Counted from the stretch's first letter, positions 17,977 through 28,544 are shown. The stretch is DNA of 49,190 bases from a virus (IMGVR_UViG_3300020514_000004:1-49190), one strand, 5' to 3'. Numbers and translations are program-made. Notes: generated by a model from the sequence alone, not told the origin.

Positions 17977-18139
17977 GCCAACCAACTGGATCAGCAAGGT
18001 TCGGGCGAGCATCAAGCGGCGGGGAACGGAGGGCGTGTGCACCGGCCCGAAGTTCGGGGGTGCGACCTGCCCGCCCGGGAGCAAGCGGTACAACCTGGCA
18101 AAGACCTTTAAGAAGATGGCGAAGAAGCGTGCCGGGTAA
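17969..18139 (+). CDS. 56 aa basic protein (MAKPTNWISKVR...YNLAKTFKKMAKKRAG)
   Basis: GAGGAGG RBS; overlaps upstream stop; below ORF-track cutoff. Confidence 0.65.
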   Translation: MAKPTNWISKVRASIKRRGTEGVCTGPKFGGATCPPGSKRYNLAKTFKKMAKKRAG

Positions 18140-18368
18140 CCCGCTCAAGAAGTTCGCCCAGCACGCCGCTGCCCTGAAGGCCCAGCGGTTGCGCGATCCC
18201 GTGAAGCGTGCGGCTGCGATGCGGACGCCGGTTACGGAGCAGTCCACGCTAGACTGGCTGCTGAAGACCCACCGCGAGGAGATGCCCCATGCGTCCCCGC
18301 TGGAGAGCCCGACGTACGAAGACATCGTGCGGCTGGTGGGGTACCTCAAGCGCAGGAGACAGCAGTGA
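18129..18368 (+). CDS. Hypothetical protein
   Basis: GTG start inside track ORF 18060..18368; coupled at both ends. Confidence 0.55.
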   Translation: MPGNPLKKFAQHAAALKAQRLRDPVKRAAAMRTPVTEQSTLDWLLKTHREEMPHASPLESPTYEDIVRLVGYLKRRRQQ

Positions 18369-18910
18369 CCGACATTGAAATCGTGTACGACCCGAAGGTG
18401 GCGATGGGTGGCCTGGAACTTGGCGAGGACCACGAGCTGTGGCCTGACGGCGAGTGGATCCGGTACGCACGCCGGCTGACCGGGATCAAGGACCTGTTCG
18501 TGTACCGGCATCGGCGCGAGGGCACGTGGGTCCTGGCAAAGTGGCTGTACAAGCCGAGCGAGTGCACGACCCCCACCTGCCTGGAGTTGACCAGCATGAC
18601 GCTGCCGCCGGACATGCCGGGAAGCGGTCGGCTGGATGGGCAGGCGCTGTTGCGGCGGTGCAAGCCGGCCGAGGAGATGGTCGAGGAGATGCGACGGGAC
18701 ATGCGGGATGCCGCACGGGCGAAGGCGCATGAGGCCGAGCAGAAGGCCTACAGCCGCAAGAACGCGGTGAAGTACATGCGGACGCATGGCATGACGGAAA
18801 GCGCAATGGCCCTGGAAAGCGGGGAGGTTCCGTGGGGTTCGAGCGGGTCCGGCAGTGCGCTGGCGGAAACGGCAACGGAACTGGTGAGCTTGGCGAAGAA
18901 GGGAGCCTGA
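18365..18910 (+). CDS. Hypothetical protein
   Basis: 181 aa ORF with AGGAG RBS. Confidence 0.75.
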   Translation: MTDIEIVYDPKVAMGGLELGEDHELWPDGEWIRYARRLTGIKDLFVYRHRREGTWVLAKWLYKPSECTTPTCLELTSMTLPPDMPGSGRLDGQALLRRCKPAEEMVEEMRRDMRDAARAKAHEAEQKAYSRKNAVKYMRTHGMTESAMALESGEVPWGSSGSGSALAETATELVSLAKKGA

Positions 18911-18911
18911 C

Positions 18912-19838
18912 GTGGACGCAAGCGGCAGCATGCTGAAGACGGTCATCGAGAGGGTGCGCGGGTTCCTTGACGACCCGGATCTCGAGGCCAAGTACGACGA
19001 CGACTACATCGTCCGTCATATCGTTCAGCCCGCTTTTGCAAGCGTCGTGAGCCGCGTGAACAACAGCACCACGGGCGCGGTGATGCAGCGTCTTGCCATG
19101 CCGTTGACCTACAACGTGCCTGACTACCAGCTGCCTCCGTGCGTGGGCGAGGTGTGGCGCATCTGCTACATGGACGAGAGCGGTCGAGTGCTGCAGGAGG
19201 CAGTGCCCCGTGGCTTGTACAACCTGCGCGGGCCGAACTGGAAGATCGAGGGGAACATCCTCAGCTTCCTGCCTCACCCGAATGCGGACTACGCGACGAT
19301 GGAAATGTGGTACATCCACAGCGGCGATTACAGCCTCATGTACACCACGGGGAGCGTGGCCGCTTTCGTGCTCAACGCAAACAAGGACGAGGTGACCATC
19401 AACACCTCGACCAGCCCCACTGCCGGGCAGTGGGACCGCAGGCCCAGCGCATACGTGGGTCAGATGATGCGGGTTCTGCACACGACCGGTGTGCACGAGG
19501 AGCGCATCATCAGCAAGTGGGAGTACGTCAGCGGCACGACGTGGAAGGCGACTCTTCGGAAGCCGTTCACGTATGCAACAGGTGGTGCGAACATGCCGGC
19601 GTTCGAGATCGCACCGGAAGGCAGCGAGAACCTGTACGAGGCGGTTGCCGCGGCGAGTGCTCTGAAGCTGGCGAGCTACAGGAAGCTGAGCGGCGAGCAC
19701 TTCGGCATGATCCAGGCTGCGTACCGTGACGCGATGAAGACGGTCATGGACCACTACAGCAACCTGCAGATGCGCATGCCCAAGAGCTGGGAGAAGGACA
19801 CGGTCGACAACCAGCTCACGCAGCCCTGGAGGATCTGA
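18912..19838 (+). CDS. Putative head-tail adaptor
   Basis: 308 aa; N-terminal helices (VIERVRGFLDD), DYQLP motif, C-terminal helices; position. Confidence 0.55.
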   Translation: MDASGSMLKTVIERVRGFLDDPDLEAKYDDDYIVRHIVQPAFASVVSRVNNSTTGAVMQRLAMPLTYNVPDYQLPPCVGEVWRICYMDESGRVLQEAVPRGLYNLRGPNWKIEGNILSFLPHPNADYATMEMWYIHSGDYSLMYTTGSVAAFVLNANKDEVTINTSTSPTAGQWDRRPSAYVGQMMRVLHTTGVHEERIISKWEYVSGTTWKATLRKPFTYATGGANMPAFEIAPEGSENLYEAVAAASALKLASYRKLSGEHFGMIQAAYRDAMKTVMDHYSNLQMRMPKSWEKDTVDNQLTQPWRI

Positions 19839-20581
19839 TGCCGATTGGCGACCCCGAAGATTTCCGCATGTCGGGGTTCATGCAGGTCCTTCGGTTCGGG
19901 CCGCAGGACGTCATCGGCGGCGAAGGTTCCGCTGCGCTGTTCCATTCCACCAAGCCGTATGGATCGACCAACGGGCAGTTTCCTGTCCCGCCCCTGACGT
20001 TCCCGGGCCTGCAGAACCCCACGTTCACGCTGCCGGGCATCACGTTGCCCCCCACCCTGCCGCCTGTGCTGATCCAGCCTACGGGAACGGGAGGTGCAGG
20101 TGCGACGACGATCACCGTCGAGGACCTTGCCACGCCAGCCGGCCCGTTCACCGGCATCGACACGCTGCAGTTCGACGGCACTGGCGTAGCCGTCACGAAC
20201 CCCACGCCCAATGTCGCGCTCGTCACGATCACGGCTGGTGGGGGAGGCGGCGGAAGCACCACGCTGGAGTACGGACAGGTGACTGCGGTGGCGAAGGGGA
20301 CGTATGCGGAGTGGACCTACACGGTCCAGCGTTATCTTGCTGGCGCAGTGAACGGGGCTCCTGTGACGGCGTACAACCTGCTGGAGTACGACAACGACGC
20401 AACCACTGCGTACGGGTACACGATTGTCGGAAGCGGCGGGTATGACCAGATCAGCGGTACGAGCTACTACATCCGGTCCGTTCCGGTCGGAACTTGGGTG
20501 AGAATGGAGTACACCGACGCAATCGACGGCACGTTCACCTACTGGTTCAGCGCGCCGAACAGGATTGACGGAGGCTGCTGA
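19838..20581 (+). CDS. Putative virion structural or tail protein
   Basis: Thr/Gly/Pro-rich, TGATG-coupled, in the tail region. Confidence 0.55.
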   Translation: MPIGDPEDFRMSGFMQVLRFGPQDVIGGEGSAALFHSTKPYGSTNGQFPVPPLTFPGLQNPTFTLPGITLPPTLPPVLIQPTGTGGAGATTITVEDLATPAGPFTGIDTLQFDGTGVAVTNPTPNVALVTITAGGGGGGSTTLEYGQVTAVAKGTYAEWTYTVQRYLAGAVNGAPVTAYNLLEYDNDATTAYGYTIVGSGGYDQISGTSYYIRSVPVGTWVRMEYTDAIDGTFTYWFSAPNRIDGGC

Positions 20582-22113
20582 TGCTGGGCCGGCAGGTTGC
20601 CGCTTGTGATCCGGCTGTGTGCGATGCGGACATCCCGCAACTTGATCTGGCAACGGCAACGACGATCAAGAGGAGGGCGGTGGTCAACACGTCCGGGTAC
20701 GTGGATGGGCTGGTCTACTTCAGTTTCGTGGAGAAGGGACTGCAGCCGTACTGCCCGGCCGGGGAGAAGAAGGAGATATCGTCGCTGCTGTACAACCAGT
20801 TCCTGCTTGAGCTGGAAAGCATCGACAACAACGGGTATGCGGTGTACGAGTACCGATGGACGTATTCGTCCGCGACGAAACACACGTTCACCGGGACCGT
20901 GTACAAGAGGCCGGGCACCAACACGGTCCTGTGCAACAGTTTCAGTGCTGCCGCCATGCGGTACACCTACACGGCGAGCTACTACCACGACGAGCGGACC
21001 GGCCCCGTGCTGTCGAGTCCGTACCTGTACCACAGCTCTCCCTACACGAGTTGCGGTTGCGCTGACCCCGGCTGCACCACGCCGTATGACGTCTACGCAT
21101 ATCGGTACGAGCAACCGGTCTTGTCGAACAACACGGCAGCCACGTGGCCCAGCCAAGGCGGGATTCCGACCACCATCCAGTTCTACTACAAGCCGATAGC
21201 GATGGCCGACAAGAACGGCATCGTCATCCAGCTGAAGGCCGCTGCATTGGCATCAGGTCCGTGGGACATCTCCGTTTCCGGCGGGGTCATCACCATCGTC
21301 AACGCATCAGGCACGACGTACACGTTCAGCGGCACGCTGACGTCTGCAGCCACTGCGATTGCTGCGACCGCAGGCTCTACCCTGTTCACCGCGAGCGTGG
21401 CTGGTGGGGTACTTGGGTCTGTGGCCCTGGTCTCCGACCTGAAGGATCAGGAGCACAAGGGGATCACGACCGCATCGTGCGACATCGGGCTTGTGCTCAT
21501 CCGTGCCGGGGAGAAGGTTGCGCCGTCGAACATATCTCAGTCGCACTTCTTCCGGACTCTTGCGATTGGGTCGTGCGTGACGCCCCAGCAGTTGTCGTAT
21601 GCGGACGCCGTCACGGCGGGGTTTGCGGACACCCATGAGGCATACGATGCGTGGTTGAGGACCCCGAGGTACCCCAAGTTCCCGACAGGGTGGGCCGAGA
21701 ACCAGGGTTTCGTGCTGGACCCCAATGCCATTGTTCCGCAGAGCCAGCTCTTCTCAGGCTGTACGGTGACGCTGAAGTACAACATCCTGGACTACTGGCT
21801 TGAGAGCGGGGGTGCGTCCACCCGGTCGTACGTGAATACGACTGATTCGGGCCTGAGCACGACGTTTTCGTACACGCTGGCCTGCTCGAACTGCGGAAGC
21901 CCCAACATCTTCCTTTGCTCGTTCACCGGGTGCTGCGCTGGATTCCTGTTCCGGGCCTACGAGGGGTGCAACAACTGCGGGAGTTTCTGCAACTGCGAAC
22001 TTCCGGGCCAGGTGTGCTGGTTCGGGTGGAACAGGGCTGACATCGAGGAGCCGATCCCTGCGGTTGACGTGGGGGGTGGTGCAAGCCTGGAGGGTGTATG
22101 GGTCATCGAATGA
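20581..22113 (+). CDS. Cys-rich putative tail/fibre protein
   Basis: 510 aa, Thr/Ser/Tyr-rich with Cys clusters. Confidence 0.5.
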   Translation: MLGRQVAACDPAVCDADIPQLDLATATTIKRRAVVNTSGYVDGLVYFSFVEKGLQPYCPAGEKKEISSLLYNQFLLELESIDNNGYAVYEYRWTYSSATKHTFTGTVYKRPGTNTVLCNSFSAAAMRYTYTASYYHDERTGPVLSSPYLYHSSPYTSCGCADPGCTTPYDVYAYRYEQPVLSNNTAATWPSQGGIPTTIQFYYKPIAMADKNGIVIQLKAAALASGPWDISVSGGVITIVNASGTTYTFSGTLTSAATAIAATAGSTLFTASVAGGVLGSVALVSDLKDQEHKGITTASCDIGLVLIRAGEKVAPSNISQSHFFRTLAIGSCVTPQQLSYADAVTAGFADTHEAYDAWLRTPRYPKFPTGWAENQGFVLDPNAIVPQSQLFSGCTVTLKYNILDYWLESGGASTRSYVNTTDSGLSTTFSYTLACSNCGSPNIFLCSFTGCCAGFLFRAYEGCNNCGSFCNCELPGQVCWFGWNRADIEEPIPAVDVGGGASLEGVWVIE

Positions 22114-22442
22114 GCATGAAGATCGGGAAGTGGGTGTACGAGTTCGAGCAGGACCTTGAGACGGGGGAGATGGCCGTGCTCGGACACAAGCCCGTCATCG
22201 GATTCGTGCAGAAGGCTGCGGAATACGTGAAAGCCGAGGCAAGCAGGGCGTTGGGCCCCACCAGCCTTCCGGTGCAGGGCCAGAGACGGGAGGCTTGCGG
22301 GGAGTGCGAGAGCTGCAAGAAGGCGGATGATGCGAACTGGTACTGCAAGAGCTGCGGGTGCCCCGAGTGGGAACGGAGCCGGCTGCAGGTCAAGTGGGAA
22401 ATGCCGGCGGCGACCTGTCCGTTGGGCAAATGGAAGGGGTAA
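22110..22442 (+). CDS. Small Cys-rich protein with CxxC...CxxCGC...CPxGKW signature
   Basis: ACGECESC, YCKSCGC, CPLGKW; ATGA overlap. Confidence 0.7.
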   Translation: MSMKIGKWVYEFEQDLETGEMAVLGHKPVIGFVQKAAEYVKAEASRALGPTSLPVQGQRREACGECESCKKADDANWYCKSCGCPEWERSRLQVKWEMPAATCPLGKWKG

Positions 22443-22451
22443 GATCGGGCA

Positions 22452-25166
22452 ATGCAGGTCCCCGAAACGGACGTAATCTGGACTTATTCGCTGCTCAGGG
22501 CAAGCGAAAGCAAGGCATCTGCCCGAACGGGTACGCCTGCTGGAAATGCCGCGGAGCTGGTGGGGGTGGACGGCTCGAACAACGGCGGCATCCAGCCGTT
22601 CCCCGGCTTTCGGGAACTCCACAGGTTCGCGCCCGAGACGGCGAACAGCACCTATGGCGGCATCTCGTTCAGCGGCAGCAACCCTTACACGGGCCTTGCC
22701 CACAAGTGCCGGGTGGTGGACTTCTGGTCGTTCAGCGTGATTGCGGGCGCGAGCACAAGAGTGTTCGGTTTCGTGTACCTGGTGCGAAGGGCAAACGACG
22801 GATCGTGCAGCAACGTGTACGACCTGATGATGGAGTTTAAGGCCCCGAACGGAAGCACGACGCCGCAGTTCCGGACGATCCTGCTGCAGGAGAACATCGC
22901 TGCCGTGGACGCAAGCCTTCTTGCCGACCAAGGCAGGGCGGTCATGAGCGTCGAGACGACCGGCAAGGCAGTGTACATCTTCCGACGTGGCGTTGCGCCC
23001 ATCGCGGTGTACTTCCGCGTGGTCAGTACCAGCAGCACTCCTGCAAACCTGATCCTGAATGCGGGTCCCGGCAAGAAGATTCAGGCCAAGGTCTACAGCG
23101 GTCACTTCGGGGCTGGATCAAATCATGTCATCGGCGATTTCCCTGACCCGACCACGGTGGTTGGCGGCGTGTACACGAATCCGCCGGGCAGTGTCGTGTT
23201 TGCGACCGCAAACGGAACGCCGAACGGCGCGACCATCTCCAACCTGAGCACGGCTCCTGCGTTGCTTGCAGGAACCTACAGCCTGGCGGTCCAGTTCGAG
23301 GACAGCAGGAGCGGGCGAAAGAGCCAGATCTGCGACAACCAGGAACTCGTGTTCAGCGGCGGCACACACAAGCTGTTCATCGACGGCGTGTACGACAGCA
23401 ACAGGTTCGATACCCTGAACGTCTACCGGAGCGTTCGGACGGGCAATGCTGCGGGTGCGTTCACCGGCGGCATCCTGCAGCTCGAGGCGCAGATCACGCT
23501 GTCGAGCTACAACGTGGCCTCGACCGGCATCCCCATCTCTGCCGGAACACTGCCTACGGGAGCGGGGCAGGCTTACTTCCGGTACGCATACCAGCTCACG
23601 GACAGTGCCCTGGTGATGCAGGACGTGTTCCTCGACAAGCCGAGCTACAGCGAGACGATGCCGAAGGGTGGTGCGGGTGCGCTGCTCGACGGGACGATGC
23701 TGGTGGGGAACATCAGCGACAGCGCGAGCGACCTGACGGGCACGGGCGAGACCCGGTGGAGCGCGGCGGGAGCGGACAGCCCCGAGCTGTTCAGCGCGAG
23801 CGGCATCTACAAGCCAAGCAACGTGGGCGATGCCGTGACGTGCTTCAAGCGCACGGGCCAGATCATGGCCGGCCTGACGCGGAACGGCGTGCAGATCTTC
23901 AACAAGGAGAACGGGTACGTCCGGGTTCTGGCTGCGCACGCGGGGTACGGCGTGACCGGCCCGTATGCGGCGGCGACCGTGGGGCCGATCACGTACTACA
24001 TGAACTACCGGGGCCTGAAGGCGATCTACCCGGATGGCCGGCTGGACGACGTGCAGTCGATCAACCAGCTGGTGAGCGAGGAGTGGTACTCGGGAACGAC
24101 CGGTGCGCAGGAGCTGAGCAAGGTCAGCATGGCGTTCGACCCGGCGACCTTGTGCCTGTACGCGCTGAACCCCACCAGGCAGCAGGCGGTGCAGATGTGG
24201 TTTGCGACGGGCGTGGTCAGCGAGCTGCAGGACATGAGCTTCGCGAAGGTGACTCAGGGTTGGTGGGAGGACAGCGACGGGCAGCTGGTGCCCCGCGCCC
24301 TGTTCCTGTTCAACGCGCCCGTTCCGGACGTGGTGACGAACACCAGCTTCCGGCCGGCGGTGTACATGCCTTGCCGAACGTACGGCGACAAGTCGTACCC
24401 GGAGGTAAACGTGGACCCTCCGGTCTACATGCTTGACTGCGAGGCTGCCCATTCTGCCGCCCCCAACACCTTCACGACAAGCGGGTACTCGTTCTACGAC
24501 AGCTCTTGCACCCTTCAGAACCGTTCAAACAAGTCGATCAGGGTAAACAACTCAGGTGCAAATCCGTTTGGTGCATCCACTGCGGCAATCGCCTCCCGGA
24601 TGATCGGTGCGTCGGTGTACGTCATCTACTCATCGACCAGTTCCAACTACGGTGCCAAGAGCGTCATTCTGGATGCGGACACCACCCAGATCGTCGTGGG
24701 TGCACCGAGGCCCGTGACCAACACGGATACGCCCGTGTGCGAGGGAACCCTGGTGCTTGATCCGGTCTATGTCCGGTGGGTGGGGTCCCCGCTTCGGCTG
24801 GCTGAGAGCAAGGACGAGGAGTTCGTGGTCAAGCAGCCCACAAGCGTTGGTGCCGTGTTCACGGACGTCGAGGTGACGACCGGCAAGGAAGGCGATTACC
24901 GCTACTGGTACGGGGGGATCTACCGGGAAAACGAGCATGATCCCATACTGGAGGGTGCCCCCAAGAGCCCTGCCGGGGTCTTGATCAACAAGTCCATTGA
25001 GCGGGGCGATACGCCCAACTGGATCGCCTTCGGGAAGCATGGCATCCTCGGCCAATGGTTCTTTCCATTCGTTGAAACGTGGGTGCCGAACCTGAAATAC
25101 CGGCTGGTGGGGGTCCAGGTAAAGGGTAGAATCCTGCCTACGGACCGCACTCGGAGGAACCTGTAA
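22452..25166 (+). CDS. Putative tail nozzle/stabilisation protein (P22 gp10 or T7 gp12 analogue)
   Basis: 904 aa beta-rich protein between adaptor and ejection-type genes. Confidence 0.55.
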   Translation: MQVPETDVIWTYSLLRASESKASARTGTPAGNAAELVGVDGSNNGGIQPFPGFRELHRFAPETANSTYGGISFSGSNPYTGLAHKCRVVDFWSFSVIAGASTRVFGFVYLVRRANDGSCSNVYDLMMEFKAPNGSTTPQFRTILLQENIAAVDASLLADQGRAVMSVETTGKAVYIFRRGVAPIAVYFRVVSTSSTPANLILNAGPGKKIQAKVYSGHFGAGSNHVIGDFPDPTTVVGGVYTNPPGSVVFATANGTPNGATISNLSTAPALLAGTYSLAVQFEDSRSGRKSQICDNQELVFSGGTHKLFIDGVYDSNRFDTLNVYRSVRTGNAAGAFTGGILQLEAQITLSSYNVASTGIPISAGTLPTGAGQAYFRYAYQLTDSALVMQDVFLDKPSYSETMPKGGAGALLDGTMLVGNISDSASDLTGTGETRWSAAGADSPELFSASGIYKPSNVGDAVTCFKRTGQIMAGLTRNGVQIFNKENGYVRVLAAHAGYGVTGPYAAATVGPITYYMNYRGLKAIYPDGRLDDVQSINQLVSEEWYSGTTGAQELSKVSMAFDPATLCLYALNPTRQQAVQMWFATGVVSELQDMSFAKVTQGWWEDSDGQLVPRALFLFNAPVPDVVTNTSFRPAVYMPCRTYGDKSYPEVNVDPPVYMLDCEAAHSAAPNTFTTSGYSFYDSSCTLQNRSNKSIRVNNSGANPFGASTAAIASRMIGASVYVIYSSTSSNYGAKSVILDADTTQIVVGAPRPVTNTDTPVCEGTLVLDPVYVRWVGSPLRLAESKDEEFVVKQPTSVGAVFTDVEVTTGKEGDYRYWYGGIYRENEHDPILEGAPKSPAGVLINKSIERGDTPNWIAFGKHGILGQWFFPFVETWVPNLKYRLVGVQVKGRILPTDRTRRNL

Positions 25167-25741
25167 TGCCATTTGACTGGATGCCGACATTCAATGCGAT
25201 CAATGATCGGCAGTACATCCGGCCGACGTACGTGGACCCCGAAACTGGGCTGGTTACGTACAACAATCCGGCGATGCGGCCCCCTGCGGCAGTCACGAAC
25301 CCGACTCCTGCGGTTCCCATGCCTGCCCCCACCATGCCGGGTCAGGACTTCTTCGCGCAACTCGCGGGCCTGTTCAGCCAGGGGGGAACTCCGGGTGCTC
25401 CACAGCCACGCCCGTACATGGGCGCTCAGGACGCACTCATGAGGGTGCGGCAGATGGGACCTGTGACCGGATACGGAACGCCCGGTGGTCAGGGTCGGTT
25501 TGGTGGGGTCAGCCGCGAGGGCCAGCGTGCCATGTTCGAGGGTCAGGCGCGTGCGCTTGGTCGTCAGCAGCAGCAGACTTCTCCGCAGGTCCGGCAGGGG
25601 CCGATGGCACCCAAGGGTCCGGCTCGTGCGCCGCAGGGTTTCGTGCCGATGCCGAAGCAGCCCAACCGATTCGGCGTGCCAAGTCAGGTGTTTGACAAGG
25701 GCTCACAGAGCCGCACCCGCAACATGTTCGGGAGGATGTGA
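25166..25741 (+). CDS. Pro/Gln/Gly-rich protein, probably internal virion
   Basis: TAATG coupling; low complexity. Confidence 0.6.
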   Translation: MPFDWMPTFNAINDRQYIRPTYVDPETGLVTYNNPAMRPPAAVTNPTPAVPMPAPTMPGQDFFAQLAGLFSQGGTPGAPQPRPYMGAQDALMRVRQMGPVTGYGTPGGQGRFGGVSREGQRAMFEGQARALGRQQQQTSPQVRQGPMAPKGPARAPQGFVPMPKQPNRFGVPSQVFDKGSQSRTRNMFGRM

Positions 25742-26928
25742 TGAGCCAGTTCGGCGGCAACCAGTGGATGCAGGGTCTTGCTGGCTTGTTCGGTCAGCAG
25801 CAGGGTTTCGGCGGTCAGCAGCAGGCTCCGTTCGGGCAGGTGGGACATTCCCGTCCTGCGGGGTACAGCCCGTACCAGATGCCGAGCTTCATGCAGCAGA
25901 GCGTCCCCAGCGGGTTTGACACGATGGGCGGTCTGTTCGGCGGGGGGTTCCAGCACGACCGGAACGTGCAGCAGATGTACTCCAACCTGATGAGCGGAGG
26001 ACAGCCGCAGCAGCAGCAGCCCACGGTGGGCCAGACGCTGGCTGGGCTGGTGGGGCGCGACTATCAGGCCACGGAGGCGGCGCGTCAGCAGGAACTTGCG
26101 GCGCAGATGGGCATTCTTGCCAACCTGTTCGGGGCGCAGCAGGGTGCAGGTCAGATGGTCATGGGAGCGCGCGGTGCCGGTGACCGCAACATGCAGATGA
26201 TGCAGGACCAGGCGGGCAGGATGCGGGAGGCTGCAGCAGGGGGCCAGCAGTACTTCGACCTTGCACGCCGGCAGATGGAGAGTTCGCTGGGCGAGGCGCG
26301 GCGTGGGTTTGAGCAGGGAATCCAGACCAGCCGCGACATCGCGAGCGGGTACGACGCCGCGTTCAGGGGCGACACGGCTGCGGAGGTCATGGGCATCCAG
26401 CAGCAGTACAAGAACCAGATGGACCAGATCGCTCGCCGGGATGACCTGACGCCCGAGCAGAAGGACATGATGACGAACGAGCTGCGACAGGGTGCGCAGC
26501 AGCAGAGCGCGGGCCTTGCGGCGCAGGCCAATGCGCGGGCACGAGACTCGATGGCTGCCCTGCAGGGCAACATCGCGCAGATGCAGGCCATGTCGGCGGG
26601 GCAGATGGGCCAGTTCGGGATCGGCGTCGGTCAGGCGTTGGGCCAGTTGGGTGCTCAGACCACGGCGATGCGCCAGCAGGCCGAGGAACAGATCGGCAAC
26701 TTCTACAACAACATGGCGCAGTTCAACAGCAGCCTGGTGCAGAACGCGCAGGCGACTGCGCTCCAGTACATGCTGCAGGGCAACCAGCTTGCGGCGGGCA
26801 TCGTGCAGAACGCTCCGTTCGGACCCGTGAGCCTGTTCGGCATGTTCGCCAACATGGCACGGTCGGTGGGGGCTGAGCGTGGTGAGCCGGTTGGTGCGCT
26901 TGGAAACCTTGTCTCGAGGTACGTCTGA
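25738..26928 (+). CDS. Gln/Met/Gly/Ala-rich putative DNA ejection (pilot) protein
   Basis: Composition and position typical of podovirus internal proteins. Confidence 0.55.
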   Translation: MMSQFGGNQWMQGLAGLFGQQQGFGGQQQAPFGQVGHSRPAGYSPYQMPSFMQQSVPSGFDTMGGLFGGGFQHDRNVQQMYSNLMSGGQPQQQQPTVGQTLAGLVGRDYQATEAARQQELAAQMGILANLFGAQQGAGQMVMGARGAGDRNMQMMQDQAGRMREAAAGGQQYFDLARRQMESSLGEARRGFEQGIQTSRDIASGYDAAFRGDTAAEVMGIQQQYKNQMDQIARRDDLTPEQKDMMTNELRQGAQQQSAGLAAQANARARDSMAALQGNIAQMQAMSAGQMGQFGIGVGQALGQLGAQTTAMRQQAEEQIGNFYNNMAQFNSSLVQNAQATALQYMLQGNQLAAGIVQNAPFGPVSLFGMFANMARSVGAERGEPVGALGNLVSRYV

Positions 26929-28544
26929 TGGCATACACCCCTATCAATCTCTACGGTCAGGGCTCGCAGGGCATGGGCGGTGATCCGCTAGGTGCCTTGA
27001 TCGGCGAGGAGATGACGGGCACGCAGCTCGGCCAGCAGGGGTTCCAGAACTTCCTGAGCCAGCAGGGCATGCAGCAGCAGGAGCGTCTTGCCCAGCAGGA
27101 ACTTGCGGGTCAGCGCGAGGGCCGGATGTTCCAGATGGCCGGCGACGTGTTCGCTGCGGACGAGGCAGAGAAGGCCCGACAGTTTGCTGCTCGCGAAAGC
27201 CAGTTGGACCGCCAGGCGCGGCAGGCCGAGAACGACGAGATGCGTCGGTTCCAGATGGGGATGTGGCAGAAGGAACAGGCCCTGCAGCTTGAACTCTCGA
27301 AGATCGACGCGGAGATCGAGGACGCGGTTGCCAACGAACTTGCCACGCAGATCCCCGCTCTCCGTGCGCGGCGTGATGCGCTGTCGAAGGAACGCAACGA
27401 GAATGCCACGAAGTTGGCAGCGGCTCAGGCATTGCAGGGACAGAGCAAGGAAGGCGTTGCGGCAGTGCTCGGCAACATGCGTCAGCAGATGACGACGCAG
27501 ATGAACGCGCAGGAGCAGGCAATCAGCCTTGCGGACAACTTCCGCAAGACCCTTGTCGCCGACTTCATGGACTCCAGCGCAGAGTCCAGCAAGAAGTCGC
27601 TGGATGCCCTTGCTGTTCTGCAAGGGGCCTCTTCGATTGCCAGCCCGCTGGGAGCTGCTCTTGGGTATCTGACTTCGCAGGGGTTGACGGAGGAACAGGC
27701 ACTTGCAGCGGCCCGTCAGTTGAGGGGTCTTGAGTTCCTGAACCTGGGTCCGGGTGCCACCTGGTTTGACGCTCTTGACCCAAGTGCTACGGCGTCTTCT
27801 GCGTTCGTGAGGGGGGAGGTTGATGCGGAGACGCAGAACAACCTCGTCAACAAGCGCATCGAAGACATGATGGTGAAGCAGGCTGGCGCAATGCAGCTGA
27901 GGGGCTTTGACGAGAATGCCCTGCGCGAGGCCATCCGCATGTCGCTGGGCGACGAGCAGGCGGGGGACCGTGCTGTGTTTGCCGAGAGGCTTCGGGCTTC
28001 CGGCATGGACCCCAACACCTTCAAGGTTCTGTCCGCCGGGGCAGCTCAGATGTTTGACACCGGCGGTGAGCTTCAGAAGGATTGGACTCAAAGGGCGGCA
28101 GCGGAGTCACAGAGAAGGGGTGGTCAGCTTTCGCTTGTGGGTCTTGCGCTCGAGGGCGAGCGGAAGATGATGAACCTGACGGCGAGGAAGTTGACCCGTC
28201 TGTCGAACTTCACCGACGTCGCGGACATGTCTGCGCTGAAGGATGCGATTGCGGCCTTGGACGCGATCCAGCAGACAGGCGAGATCTCTGCCCTGACCCG
28301 CAGTGCGTTCGGTCGTGCGATGCCCAGCGAATCCGGCGGAAGCCTTTCGCGGCTTGAGTCTTTGATTTCGCAGGGCAGGGGTGCTGCGAGGGACATCGGC
28401 GACCTGGCGGTGAAGCAGGGCGACATCGCGCAGCGGGAGGCGGACATTGCTGCTGACCAGGAACTGCTGCCGCTCTTTGCGCAGCTGGCCGGTCGGGGCA
28501 GACGCAGCAAGGCCCTTGGCGGAATCAGGAGCCGGATGCCGTGA
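26928..28544 (+). CDS. Helical putative internal virion protein
   Basis: 538 aa, Ala/Gln coiled coil. Confidence 0.55.
   Translation: MAYTPINLYGQGSQGMGGDPLGALIGEEMTGTQLGQQGFQNFLSQQGMQQQERLAQQELAGQREGRMFQMAGDVFAADEAEKARQFAARESQLDRQARQAENDEMRRFQMGMWQKEQALQLELSKIDAEIEDAVANELATQIPALRARRDALSKERNENATKLAAAQALQGQSKEGVAAVLGNMRQQMTTQMNAQEQAISLADNFRKTLVADFMDSSAESSKKSLDALAVLQGASSIASPLGAALGYLTSQGLTEEQALAAARQLRGLEFLNLGPGATWFDALDPSATASSAFVRGEVDAETQNNLVNKRIEDMMVKQAGAMQLRGFDENALREAIRMSLGDEQAGDRAVFAERLRASGMDPNTFKVLSAGAAQMFDTGGELQKDWTQRAAAESQRRGGQLSLVGLALEGERKMMNLTARKLTRLSNFTDVADMSALKDAIAALDAIQQTGEISALTRSAFGRAMPSESGGSLSRLESLISQGRGAARDIGDLAVKQGDIAQREADIAADQELLPLFAQLAGRGRRSKALGGIRSRMP

Noticed and set aside
25166-28544. 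Gln/Ala-rich helical ORFs as a tape measure protein
   Set aside because: Split into several moderate ORFs, with no tail tube or chaperone frameshift pair; fits podovirus ejection proteins better
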